From NCBI GenBank assembly GCA_051294375.1, contig CM119263.1:12689723-12753722 (forward strand): a stretch of DNA of 64,000 nt. The letters are read 5' to 3'. Within the stretch, counting starts at the first letter, position 1; every line of letters starts with the position of its first letter. The notes below the pieces were generated by a model. That model did no database searches, was not told the DNA's origin, and saw nothing but the letters and a program-made list of their open reading frames with translations. Positions 18,051 to 31,242 of this stretch are shown here, in pieces. The stretch is from Paraspadella gotoi (Eukaryota; Animalia; Chaetognatha). The position numbers and the translations under genes are program-made.

Positions 18051-20231
18051 TTCGGACGCCTCGGTCTCCTCTTTGAGATTCAGAGACTCCTCCCCTACGA
18101 GTCATGCATTCCCCGTTTTTCCCGCATGATGAAGAGATGCCGTCCAATCTGATTGAAATAGATAAGGGATAATTGATTTTTTTTTTGGAGAAAATTTACT
18201 TGAGTGGGCAACCAAAGATTTACTTTCGTATGCCAGTCCCACAAATGATCTCAAGAACTAGGGTGAGGCTGATTTGAGCCTCGCCAGTTGACCAGAATTC
18301 AGGATAAACGGTAGGGCGGCTTCCCTACCCTACCCGAATTCAAAGATACAGAGTCGAGATTTGAGAATTATATTCGGCACAACTTTCAACTTGGAAAACT
18401 GGTTTCTTTCTGTTAGAAAATACCGGTTTAAAAAGCATGAGTGTAAAAGCATGAATTAATTTTACAAGCGAAAAGAGTGAAAATAGTGAAAATAGTGAAA
18501 AATTGCTATGAAAAATAGAATCTCAATTAATGAAGTGAATCATGATATGACCTCCATAAGAAGGAAATTAATTCTAATTAATTAGCTCATAGATTTAATC
18601 AAGAATGTCATTTTCTGTTCTTAACAATTTAAAATATCTATTTTTAGCAACAATGTTTAATGACGTTAAACATTCAATTTAAAAAAAAAATCGTTGAACC
18701 AGTCAGTCAAGTCTGTCTAAACCGGTTTTTTCTTCTTCTATTGGTATTGCAGCCTCGTACTTCAAAACGGGTCTCCAAGCGACCCATTCATCAGCTTCAG
18801 TTCACTTCATACAATCATAGCCTTAGAATCTTTTCAAATCTTTCTGAAATAATGCGATTTTAAACTCTTAAAAGTCACAAAAACGGTTTAACTGCTACTG
18901 TGTAGCTAGGATAACAATCCACACATGGTTTTTTTTTTTTCAATATCAACAAGGTGAAAACGAATCAATATATCCTCTCTTGACTTAGTTGCCCCTTGGA
19001 GGCCGAAGAGATAAACAAGACTTCCAAACCTGAAATTACTCGTCGACTTGCTTTTCATGCGGAGTTGATGTATGAATTAAGTTTTCAAAATTGGAAATTG
19101 ACGTGGAATATTGCAAATCTTTTTGACCAGATCTTAAAAGAAAAAAAATTTAACGGGAGAATTCGAAGTAAATTTAGAAGCTCAAGACGAAAAATTGATA
19201 TTACATCTGTACGCCTTTATGACGAGTATATTTCGCGATGAGGTATTGATGTTTGATGTAGCAAAGCAAAAAAAGATCTATTGCGTTGATGCAGATAACT
19301 ACTTAGTTAAATTCACATTTAAATTGTTGTAAGAGTTCCAATGCTCGCGAAAGCAGAAATGAGATTCATGTTTTTGAAAGACGCTCTGGGTTTAAAGGTT
19401 GCTTCAATAATTTCAGAGAAATCCGAATAACAGAAAATAAAAACCAATTTGACATCAACTTGTTTACATTCTGCAACCAAAGTCTTTCTTATTCCATGTA
19501 TTTGTAATATTTTCGCAACTTATTTTCTGGAAATTTTGAATTTATGCATTTAAAATCTGTTTAATGTTTATTCGTTTAAGTCATTATGAAAGCTAATTTT
19601 TTTATAAACCAGCTTTAAGTGGATTGGGTCCAACGTTCAGAGGAACAAACATATAGACCAACTTATGTGTTTATGTTTTTTTACTTTTGTATGAATGACA
19701 GACTTGTGAAGAAAAAAGAAAATAAATAGAATTTTAAAGTCTGGAAGACGCCGTTTCACAAAAGTATAAAAGTCATTAACATGGTTTAAAAAATGTGACA
19801 AAATTTATTTACACCCAAAATCATGTCAAGATTTTACTATTTTTTTTGCAAACAGATCCTGCGGGCCCTTGAAATCATGCACGCCAAAAACACACTTGTT
19901 TTAATTACAAATTATCACGAAAATTTAAGATGAAAGATAAAAAAACAAACTAAAATTCTTTTAAATTTGTGTTAAATAAAAAAAAAAACTGTAATAAAAA
20001 AAAAGATTTCTGGGGTGAAAATTTAAAAGAAAATTTAATATAAAGCGTAAAAAAATCGAGTCAGGACGAAACACGAATCGAAAGAGATTAATCGTGACAA
20101 AGAGAGAATCAGTTCTATTATGCGAAATCTACGAATGACGATCAAAACCAAAACAGAAAAAAAACAGAAACACGAACGGACGAGGAATCGAATTCTGTTC
20201 TAAAGTCAGCAGATTTAGCCGTTCCACTGTT

Positions 20232-20363
20232 TCAGTCGTTGTTGTTGTTATTGTTGTTGGCGGTCTCGTTGTTGTTTTCTGCTCGAAAGTTGTCTTCGTC
20301 GTTGCGAGAGGGAACGTTCGTCGAGCCGAATTGAATGGCAGGTCCGAGGCGTCCGACAACGTC
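20232..20363 (-). CDS. BBS4: Terminal exon of BBS4, separated from the rest of the gene by the adjacent inverted block
   Basis: AAG acceptor followed by DVVGRLGPAIQFG...NNNND*, resembling human BBS4 EMAQKLGAALQVG. The same exon lies at 43193-43322, where it follows the other BBS4 exons in the correct orientation. Confidence 0.75.
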   Translation of the reverse strand, partial: DVVGRLGPAIQFGSTNVPSRNDEDNFRAENNNETANNNNNNND

Positions 20364-20369
20364 CTTAAC

Positions 20370-20371
20370 TC

Positions 20372-20406
<35 letters not shown>

Positions 20407-23400
20407 CTCTCTCTCAAGTCACCCAGATGTCCAACCTCTCGTCGACTTCCAAATCGCCTCGCATCCCCTTCGCGCATCGCTTGCCCGAGGACGGAGATGC
20501 CCCATTCGTCCTTTCGCCCGCGGTCATGACGAAGCCCGCGTCGGCGACAGCGCACTCTTAACGTTCGGCGCCTCACAGAGATTCGCCAAGTCTGCCGTCG
20601 ATGCTGCATCGAGAACCGCCGCGCAGGTAAACGGTAGAGAGGGGCAGATGGAAGTGAGAAGGGAGGAAAATTACTTTTTTTGGTACGAGATACTTTTCTA
20701 AATATTTCTGATGGTCGTAAAACTATAATTAATTGATTGAATAATTTATAATAATACATTTTACCATAGGTTCTAGTAACGACGGGCGTTGACGTCCGGA
20801 GGAATGCACTCCGACCGCCGCTCAATCGCTCGCTTTCGAGGAAAAACGCGAGAGGAAACTCGAAATGGCGGTCGGATACGAGGAAAAATACGCGGGAAAA
20901 CAGGAGGCGGAGAGCAGACGGCCCTCCACTCGAAACCGTGCCTCTGACTGCTGCACAAATGAGGAGAGGAATGTCTGATTTGGGATACCTTATACTAGTA
21001 GTAGCTCGAATTTCGAATCTCATTTCGATACGGAACTGTTTAGTAATAATGTTAATGGCGTAAGGAAGAAAGAAATGTCAATTAGAATAACATTTGAAAC
21101 TTGGTTAAGAGAAGGTTCATTCACCTTCACATGCGTTGATCTTAGATGTATTAGAGAAATACATCGAGAAACTATTATCGTAGAGAGCACGAGAAAAGAG
21201 GAAGGTCTTTTCTTTGCAATTATTAGTATGGACTTTTTGTTATTGTCGTTATTATTTTTTGCATGGAAAGCATGAAAAAGTATTTTTTAAGTATTGATAA
21301 TCAGATTAAAGATTTAAATCGTCTCGATTCGTCTCGCATCTCTGTGCTAAATTTATAGAAAATTAAAGAAAATTCCTGAAACGATTTGTTTGTAATCATA
21401 ATTGTTGTTTCGGAAAAATGCTCTTTTTTCTATATTTGGTGAGTATGAAATTGGCAAAAAAGTTAAAATGATCACGTTTTCTTCAATGATTTTCAGTTTT
21501 CGGTATGCATGGATTTGGTGTGTTTACTAATAGATTGGCGTTATGCAAGCTTTTATTGCCTCGTTATAAAAAAATGCTATCACGGTTTCCTTTTACTTTT
21601 ATCTTAAACCGACTATCATGCATTTGTTGTTACAAATGTTATCTACAAAAAATTTTCCGAAAAACATAAAAGAATAAAAAAGGAAACTCAACTGAGCGCC
21701 GGGTAATGTACGGTAACGCGGAGACCGACGCTCACTTGACCGCCACAGCCGCCGCCTGACTGTGATCGAAGAAAAAGTCAAAGGTAACTGATTTGGATTG
21801 ATTGATTCATTCATTCATTCATTCATTCATTCATTCATTCATTCATTCATTCATATAATAATTAATTTGTTCGACGAGCTTCGATTTTGATTGATTTTGG
21901 TTGATTACTGAAGTTTATTAGCTTTAACTAAATGATAAATACATCACCGCAACTACGTTTCAGCTCTAATTCAGAGGCCTTCAAGCTCCGAAACCGCGCG
22001 TCGCAAAGCTGCGGACTGCCAATTTCCGAACGACGCAATTGCTCATCCCCTTCACTTCACCATGAACGAGTAGAGACGTGCAAGTCCTTGATTCGGGAGC
22101 GATGGCCGGCAGACGCAAGGAATTTGTGAATACGCCATTTCACGTTTCAGGGTGTGATGCGGAATCATTTAAAAATAGTGAATTAGATTATGTCAATTTT
22201 AATTTCACTAATTTTCCTATAATTATCTAAATATAAAAAAAACTGTGGTTTATAATAAAAGGTCAAAACCTTTTCGAACATAAATTATGTTGTTGTACAA
22301 TGTTTATACCGTCTTTGTTGGCTCAACGTAAACAACAGCAGAAGAGAGAGAGTGGCGTTGTTTCTCGTCCTTCATCTTTTCGTTCCTTGTCAGGCAGGTT
22401 TTTGCCCTGACAGGTGCTTGGCGTGAAAAAAAAAAATAAACCCTCATTTTCAGGCTTGATCATGCGCCAGGTAGCGGCCATATCCAACAGCGCTAGACCT
22501 TTTCCAGACCTGCACTCTGTTTTGGAACCGCACTCGAGCGAAACTTCAAGCAGGCTGCGCGGTTGCTCTCTTCTCATGGCGCGACACAAGGCGGCCATCC
22601 GAGGTCTACAGCCGAGACGGAGAAACGCGTCCGTCTCTGACGATTGGGAAGTTTTTCACAACAAGGCCGTCATGCTACTTGCTACTCAAAGATTTTTCGC
22701 CGCCGCTGAGGGGCTGTTCGACAAAGCCGTTGCAGACGGCACAGCGGGATCTCACGTCAGTTTCGAGGATCGACTTTAATTGCATCCTCATTTAATTTAA
22801 CTAATTCTAACCTGCTAGGAATAATAGTCTAGTCCGGATCAAAGGTGTTTAAAGTTCATGGGTGGGTCCTCTCTTTCGGCCGTGGCTAACCTGGATTACC
22901 ATGTCCTTCTCTTAGGTATAAAATGCTAGGAAAGCTTCACATAATGGGAAGGAAACTCCAAGAAAAAGCAGTCAACGTTTACACCCAGGCTGTTTGAGGC
23001 ATTTTCCGGAGAACCCGGAAATATTGACAACGTTAGGATTGTTGTTCTGCAGGTGAATTGCGTTTTTCTAATTCAAAATGGAAACATTTTAAAACTAATC
23101 TAATTTATAATTTACTACTAATTTAAAATAAATTTTATTAAAATCCAGATGCCAATGTCCAAAAGGGGCCTTCGAACATCTGGGCAACGCCTAACACTTC
23201 GACCTACATACGAAAAGGCCATCTTGGCTGCGGTTCCGTTTGATGCAGAGCACAACGACTTCGACGTTGCACTCACCAAATACAGAGTCGCCACCGTTAA
23301 GGTCGCTTTTTTTCCGTATTTACTTTTTCACCATTTATTCTCGGATCGTTTCCGACATATTTATTTGATTAAATCGAGTTTTTATCCGATTACCTCGCTC

Positions 23401-24533
23401 GCGTTCGCTCTTGTCCCTGGATTTATTTTTTATTCTTATATTACTCTCACAGATAAAATGCCACGTTAAATAATAAATTAAAAAAAAAACAGTGTTTAGC
23501 GATCGTTATTTTAATATATGTTCGGCGTCCCTTTTGTCCCGAATTCGTGCGCAAAATTGTAAATTAATATAATTAATCAACGATCATTTATTCTTTTTTT
23601 TCCTCCCCCTCCTCTTAGATGGCCGGAATCCTCTCAATTATTGGAACAACATAGGGATGTGTTTTTACGGGAAAGAAAAGGTTTGTGCTGCCATCTCCTG
23701 CCTCAAACGCGCCAATTACTTAGCCCGTTTGACTGGAAGATACTTCACAATCTCGTCTGGTCCATTTAACCATGCAGCAGGTAAAGTTAAGTAAGTGTGA
23801 ATACTTATGAAGTTAGGTGAACGCATCGAATCTATCGATCCATCATCGATTACTCATCAGTTCAATCAATCAATCTATAAGTAAAACGAATCATTAATCT
23901 ACTTTGATCATGCTTATTAATCAGTTTTTGGAGAAAAACGTCTTGCGTTTCTCATACGCCTACCTCTTTGTTTCCAAACAGTACGCTCGCCTTTCCTTTC
24001 TCTTCGCGCCATTAATCTCCGGCCAAAGAACGCTTCTCTCTACATGTTGTGCCGTCCGCTCTCACGAACTGGAGGATCTAGAGACGCCAAGAGAGCGTAT
24101 CAGGTGTATCCCAAGGACTGGTGTAAATGATTCCATTCGCTGATTAATTTTCGAAACTTCTCGATTTTCTTAAACCTCCTTCGTCCTTCGACTCGTGTTC
24201 AGGAGGCGATTAACTGGAGCCGGACAACCTCTACGCCGAGTCAACGTCACGATATTTCTCGTCAACTGGGCGATGTTGACGGGGGGCGCGACGAGTACCA
24301 AGAGACCGACCCCTCTTGCAGGATCAGTTGAAGAAGCGGCCGGGAGGTCGACGGGGATTGCAGGTGTGGGTTGAAATATGGAGCAGTTTCGTTGTTTATT
24401 TGTTTTATTTTAGAGAATAATCCTTCTTTCTTTCTTTCTTTTTCTTTCTTCTTTCTTTCTTTCTTTCTTATCTTTCTTTTTTCTTTCTTTCTTTGCTTTC
24501 TTTCTTTCTTAATTCTCTCTCTCTTCTTTCTCA

Positions 24534-24621
<88 letters not shown>

Positions 24622-24863
24622 ACTCTCTCTTCGAACATACAAAAACTCAATGCACATTTTTCCACGATTAAGACAAGTAATCAAAACATGCTATTTACAA
24701 CTTTTTTGGTTGCGATTGTCCTAACTTTTTAAGGCGTTTTTTATTGTTATTAAAAGTTTTTGCCGAGGTAGTTCTGTATTTATTTAAAAGGTTACATAAG
24801 CCGCATTAACGTCGCCCAATGCTGTATCTGCTTTTATACTTATACACTTTCTCTCTCGTCTCT

Positions 24864-24939
<76 letters not shown>

Positions 24940-24959
24940 CCCTCCTCTCTCGTTAAGGA
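20370..24959 (+). other. BBS4: Indel-rich inverted copy of about 43320-47870: CCSAP exons 3-4 (about 20417-20962) and BBS4 exons 1-8 (21706-24363). Likely a mis-oriented gap-fill read.
   Basis: Reverse-complement match to 43320-47870, many single-base frameshifts in the exons, ends in or next to (CT)n tracts, followed by a 25-N gap. Confidence 0.85.
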
Positions 24960-24984
24960 NNNNNNNNNNNNNNNNNNNNNNNNN
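24960..24984. other. Assembly gap (25 N)
   Basis: Run of 25 N. Confidence 1.
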
Positions 24985-24985
24985 A

Positions 24986-25017
<32 letters not shown>

Positions 25018-25078
25018 AATTATTTCTCTAAAATAAACAAATAAACAACGAAACTGCTCCCAATATTTCAACCCACAC

Positions 25079-25474
25079 CTGCAAATCCCCGTCGACCTCC
25101 CGGCCGTTCTTCAACTGATCCTGCAAGAGGGCGTCGGTCTCTTGGTACTGTCGCGCCGCCGCCGTCAACTCGCCGCAGTTGACGAGAAATATCGTGACGT
25201 TGACTCGGGCGTAGAGGTTGTCCGGCTCCAGTTTAATCGCCTCCTGAACACGAAGTCGAAGGGACGAAGGAGGTTAAGAAAATCGAGAAGTTCTCGAAAA
25301 ATTAATCAGCGAATGGAATCATTTACACCAGTCCTTGGGATACACCTGATACGCCTTCTTGGCGTTCTCTAGATCCTCCAGGTTCGTGAGAGCGACGGCC
25401 AACAACATGTAGAGAGAAGCGTTCTTTGGCCGGAGATTAATGGCGGCGGAGAGAAAGTGAAAGGCGGAGGCGTA
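25079..25474 (-). CDS. BBS4: Two clean BBS4 exons (25474-25346, 25243-25079) on a small contig between two gaps
   Basis: Open frames [43 protein letters not shown] and [37 protein letters not shown]...DLQ. This is the third copy of these exons in the window. Confidence 0.85.
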
Positions 25475-25537
25475 CTGTTTGGAAACAAAGAGGTAGGCGA
25501 TGAGAACGCAAACCGTTTTTCTCAAAAACTGATTAAA

Positions 25538-25562
25538 NNNNNNNNNNNNNNNNNNNNNNNNN
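25538..25562. other. Assembly gap (25 N)
   Basis: Run of 25 N. Confidence 1.
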
Positions 25563-27469
25563 CACCCTCTCTCCGGTCGCGTCAATAAAAATAGAGAAAT
25601 TAGGGCAGAGATTCATCGGGTGGTTTGAAGACCGCGCGTCTTGAGAGGAGAGAACCGAACGAGGGAGAGAGATGAGAGAGGCGGGACTGAGGGGCAGAGG
25701 GTGGCGGGCGGAGGTGACCCTAAAACGGAGAAAGAGAGGGACTATTATAGGGGCATGGGAAGTGAGAGGATTTAAAAAGGCGAGTCAGGTAAGAGATGCA
25801 AAAGGAAAGGCATGAAACGTAGGGGCAAGGAAAAGCATAGTTTAATAACAGGTACGACGTCCGAAAATGGCGTACGCCTTCGGGGCAGCGCGCGAGGGAA
25901 CGCGCTCAAACGGAGTTAAAAGAGTGACATGGGAGGACCCCCTCTCTCTTTAACGAGGAAGAGCTCTAAAAAAGGGAGGGCGCCCTCTGAAACGAGAGGG
26001 GCGCCCTTTCGATTGTCTTGTTCGTCAACCGAAAAACCGAAGTCGGACAACAACTGCGAAAAATTACTTTTTCGACGTCTACCGCGGAAAAACGTTAAAA
26101 AGTGTCACTCTCGCCGATTATCCGCCAGGCTTTAATCCCCTTTTTTCCCTCTCTGCTCGCCTCTCTCCTCCTCTCGTCTCTCTCTCTCTCTCTCTCCTCT
26201 CTTCTCGTCTCTCTCTCCTCTCTCTCTCTCTCTTCTCTCTCTCTCATCTCTCGCTTTCTCTTCCATTCCCCGCTTCCTCTCTCATGAAATGAAAACTAAA
26301 AAGAAGTAGAAAGTTTGATTGGAGTTCTCTCCGGACACTTCTGGTGATCTATTGATTTCCTTCTAATTTCCGTGAAATTAATCATTAATTGAAGATAACC
26401 TCGATAAACTACGCCGATTACTGTTAATTAAAGTAATAAGATTTTCAATAATTGAATAAAGACGATTTTATCGGATGTAAGTATTGGCTGTATATAATGA
26501 ATAATTCCTATAAACCCAAAGCCTTTTGGATAATAATAATTGATATTTTTTTTTAATTGATTTTTTAATTTTTAAATTTGAATTTAAAACCAATGTAATT
26601 ATTATAACTAGATAGTTAATAAACCATTTTAAACAATCTGATCTTGTTAGGGGCTCGCTCAAAAAGTTACACTAAGAAAGCTCATAGGGAGAGCTACATA
26701 TACAGAAAGTGGAAAGAAGCGAAAGAAACTACGAGGGCTGTTTACACTCTTGTTCTTCTACTTTCAGTGGCTGAAAGGAAAGAAGGAAAAACAGGCGAAA
26801 GGAGCTCCGCCTCTTTAGAACCACAGATAACTGCCCCGCCATATACTCGAGAATGTCTGTTTTTAACCAGAGGGTGATGAAGGGAACAGAAAGAAAAAGA
26901 AGGTGAAGGAAAGTAACGAAGAAGGAGATAGAAAGACGAAGAAAGGAAAGGAGCATCTCGTGTTCGATTTTTTCTTTTGAGTATAAGAAAAGTGTACGTA
27001 ATCGGTAGAATAGGAAGGTTAAAAAAAAAATCAAGAAAAAACTACCAAATTGTTTTCCCAACTAAAATCAATGAGACATACTCGGTCTTTTTCCTTCACC
27101 TACCCGACCTTTCCTCTCCTTTTTTTCCTATCCCGTCGCAAATCCATTTGTTTGTTGCAATCAAACAACCTTCGCCCTGGAAACAAACAACGAAATTAAA
27201 GACCCTTATTTTTTCTTTGCTTAACGTCGGTATCAGGCGCACGGAAAGAAAGGAGGTGAAACGAGCTGGAGTGAGGAATTTCGGGTTAGCTTTTAAGGCC
27301 AAAAAAGCTACTCATTGTTTTATATTTGATATATTTATCTGGCCCTGGAAAAAATGGGAAAAAACCCGAAGTTGGGAAATTCAACAGCGAGAAACGATAT
27401 AAGAAAGGAATTCAAGTGGAGGAAATGAATAGAAAGCGAGAGAGAAGAGAGAGAGAGAGACGAGGAGAG

Positions 27470-27513
<44 letters not shown>

Positions 27514-28994
27514 ATGGAAGGAACGAAGGAAATGATCCCCAGGAAATAAAAAGAGGTCCCCCCCGGGGGAAAAAAAAAAAAAGTTAACCCCAGCCACCCG
27601 GAAAAAAAAGGGGAAAGAGAAAGAAACCAATGGAAGTGAAATCAAGCGGCGAATTAGCAATGACGCAGGAAGAAGAACGAAAGGTGACGGCGAAGAAGTA
27701 GGTTGTGGGAAGATGGTTTCCGCGGAAGGAGTGAAGAGAGTAAGAGAGCAGAAACAGAACTAAGTCACTGGATGTGGTAATCCCTGGATCAGTGAACTTC
27801 ATATAGATATCGAGAGGTAGAGGGTACTACATGATGATTACGTTATACATGAAATTGGTAACCAATATAATAATTATCCATCATTTAATAAATAAGCTAA
27901 TCTTGCCCTGACTGGACAGGCTTTGGTAGTTTAATGGCCTCCAGTCACCCATCACACTCTTATATTCTATTTGAACAAATAGGAATGCGGCAGATCAAAT
28001 ATGTCTAAATCGATGAATGCAAATTCATTTGCTGTAACCTTCTTCTAAACCCTAACCAATTCCGCTGTGGTTTAAATAGTTTTATTCATGAAGTGTTCCA
28101 GGCGAAACAAAAATTCCCCTTTTTTATTGTTAAGAACCTGAATCATAAAAAAATCACAGGCAAAGAAACAGAAGCAAATTTCCTCTTCTCGATCATTCTT
28201 CATCCTCGCCTTCCTAATCTTTTTCTTTCTCTTCCTCCCCTTCCCCTCCTCAACCTTTAATTTCACGAGTAAACGCCGAGGTCGTAACTGACGGCAGAGG
28301 TCCTTCTCTCGTCGCCGAGCTCCGACTCCCTGCCCGCACCGCCCGCCTTCCGCCCGTCCCTTGTTCCTTTTCTCCCAGAGCCCTTAACTTCTAACCCCCC
28401 CCCCTTCTTCACCACGAGCCCGGCCGAAGGGGGCCAAGGAGAAGAAGACAGCGGGAAATGATTGACTTAAACTCCGTAAAATCTGTTCTTCTGTTTAGAT
28501 TTATCTCGGTGAGTGGACCGCCCTGACAAATAAAAGCGCCCCAGCGACAGCGGACGACCTGAAGAAAAAAGAGGAGGAGAGGAGGAGGATTGCGAAGAGA
28601 AGGGGAAGAGGAAGAGAGGAGCAAACGGGGAAAAAGGTAATTGCGAGAGAGAGGAGAGAGAAGAGATGAGAGAGAGAGAGAGAGAGAGAGAAGAGAGAGA
28701 GAGAAGAGGAGAAGGAGAAGAGAGAGAGAGAGAGAGAGAGGGGAGAGGCAGGAGAGTGAGGAAACGCCCTCTCGCGACTCCTCTCGACTGTTTGCTCAAT
28801 CACGAGCTTCTAACCTAAAGAAGGGAAAGAAAAGAGAAGGTGGAGATCGAAAGAAGGTAAGGAGATAAGGAAAGATAAAGGACTGGGGGTCCGCGGCGCT
28901 GATATCGTGATGGTACGGATTGAAGAACGCAAGCGCGGTTTGGGTTGGAGGACAAAGGAAAGAAGAAAGGAAAGAAGGAAGACGAAGGAAAGAA

Positions 28995-29031
<37 letters not shown>

Positions 29032-30827
29032 AAAAAGAAAGAAAAGAAAGAAAGAGAAAAAAAACGAAAATAAGAAAATTGGAAAAGACAAGAAAGTGAT
29101 TTGAGAAAAAAAGGTTAAGTTAGAGAGTTGATTGAAATGGAAAGAACACGAAGTAAGTTCTCTGTGGTAAAAAAAAAGGAAAAGAAAAACACTGAAAAAA
29201 AGAAACCGCGGGAAGAAAAAATAAGGACTTGAAAGTCCTAAGCAAGAAAAAAGTTGATAGAAGTGAAAAAGAGTGGAAGAAAGAGTCAAGGCGAGGATGA
29301 AAGTTCTTCGGATGAACTTCTTTGTTGCTCGAAAAATCCCAAGCTCTTTTTGAAAGAACGCTTTTGACGTTGTTTCCCGCGTCATTTTTGACGTCGGTTT
29401 TGACGTTCGAGCTTTCCCGATGGCCTTTTCCGTTTCCTTTACGAATACGTAGGGTTTTCCTACGTACGCTGTTTATATTGTTGCTAAATCCAGCAGCTTC
29501 TTCCCATTCGTAGTACTATTTAGTATTATTATCGGACCGCTTTCGGTTAGTTTTTAATTTCCTCGCTCCGTTTCAAAAATATCACGCATTGTTTGGAAAG
29601 ACTCCCTTATGTGTTCTCCTTAAATCTCATCGTTCTTCTTTGCCGTCTCACGTCGAATCGTGACACCCATGCATTCTGCCTCGTGGGCAGTGGCGGAAAG
29701 GCTGGACGAGCCTCAACAAGGCGGACGCCGCAACTACGGCTGTCATCATCGTGATATTCTCCCTGGAACAAGTCGAAGATATATTACGAAAAAGACAGGG
29801 GATATCTTTGCGTGCGCCGTGAGGTCGGCCGTCGTGTCTTCTCTAATTCTACTGTACCGTGCGAAAAAAAAGTTTTAATAAACCCGTCGAACTTCTACCC
29901 GTATTTCTTTTTCAAAAAAAATGTGCAGAGACAACAACGACTAACTAAGACAACGAAGAACCCAGCGAGTCCGACGACCCAAGCGACGGACGACTTCTCA
30001 TGACTCGAACGTGGGGACAGAAATTCCTGAAACTGAGTTATGAAATTCAAATGACGTTAATTCAAATTTAAATCAAGAGTTGGAGAGAGAAATAAAAAAA
30101 ACGCGATAGAAATGAAGTCGGCGCTCGATAGGCGCGTGCAAGAGAGAGATCCCGACGTCTCTCGCTCTCTGTCCCCTCTCTCGCTTGGCGCGGGCTCCCG
30201 TTGATTAGTTGGAAGAGAGAATCACGAGCGCTCTGAGAAGTTAACACCTGATTTCCAACATATAAGTGACATATTTTTGTTCTAGTGCGCTTTTATGAAT
30301 AAAATATAAATTGTCCAATTTTTTTTCCCGTTATTATTAAAGTCTATGTTTCGTAATCCTTTCGCAATTCTGGCGAAAACGTATTAGGCATTTACTTCTT
30401 AATTGTGCATTATTTTTAAAAATTTTTAAAACTATTTTCCACTACGCATTTGTTTTCTTTCGGATTTGTCTCGGTCGTTATTTTTCAATGTTCATTCCTC
30501 CGAATTTCTCATCAATTTTTTTCAACAAAATTTCTACAATGTTGGTTTATTTAAAAATCACCCTACAATCTTCTTTCTTAGGTTTGCTTTTCTCATGTTA
30601 ATCAAATCTTAATTTTCACGATTCTCACTTTTGCGTTTCCGCGCCGTTTTAGTTCGGACTTCGACTTATCAATAATTCCCGCTCCTCTTCCCTCTCCTTA
30701 TCTGCTTCTTGTCGTCCTTTCCAGAAAACTTTTTTCATCCCTCCGACGCCCACTATCCTCACAGACGTCCTCTCTCTTCTCTCTCTCTCTCTACTCTCTC
30801 TCTCTCTCCTCTCATCTTCTCTCTGCT

Positions 30828-30858
<31 letters not shown>

Positions 30859-31242
30859 CATCTCTCTCTCTCTCTCTCTCAAATTTTTGTCATCGCCTCG
30901 GTCTTTGTCAAGTCACCAAGCTTGACCCAGTATTTTGTTTTCCGGTTTTCATCTTTACTTCACTCTTCAGTGGCAAAACATTCTTAATTCTATTCAGGTG
31001 CAACATTATGTAAGATTCCTGCCCAAGACGAATCCTCAAAACGCATCAATCATAGTGAACTCCTGACAAACACCAATCGAGATCAAATAAGGCCTACGGC
31101 TTATCGAAAAAAAAAAAAAAAAACAAAAAACCCTCCGGTCGGAGAAGCGGCGCCGCCTTCCTCCAAAAAATGACGCCGGTCGCTCCTCTGACCCAAGAAG
31201 ATCAGAAACGTCAGAAGCCCTACGAAAAAACTGCCAGCGACG

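Noticed and set aside
20232-21023. 263-aa minus-strand ORF as a novel chimeric protein
   Set aside because: It is the real BBS4 last exon fused across the inversion junction to antisense CCSAP sequence.
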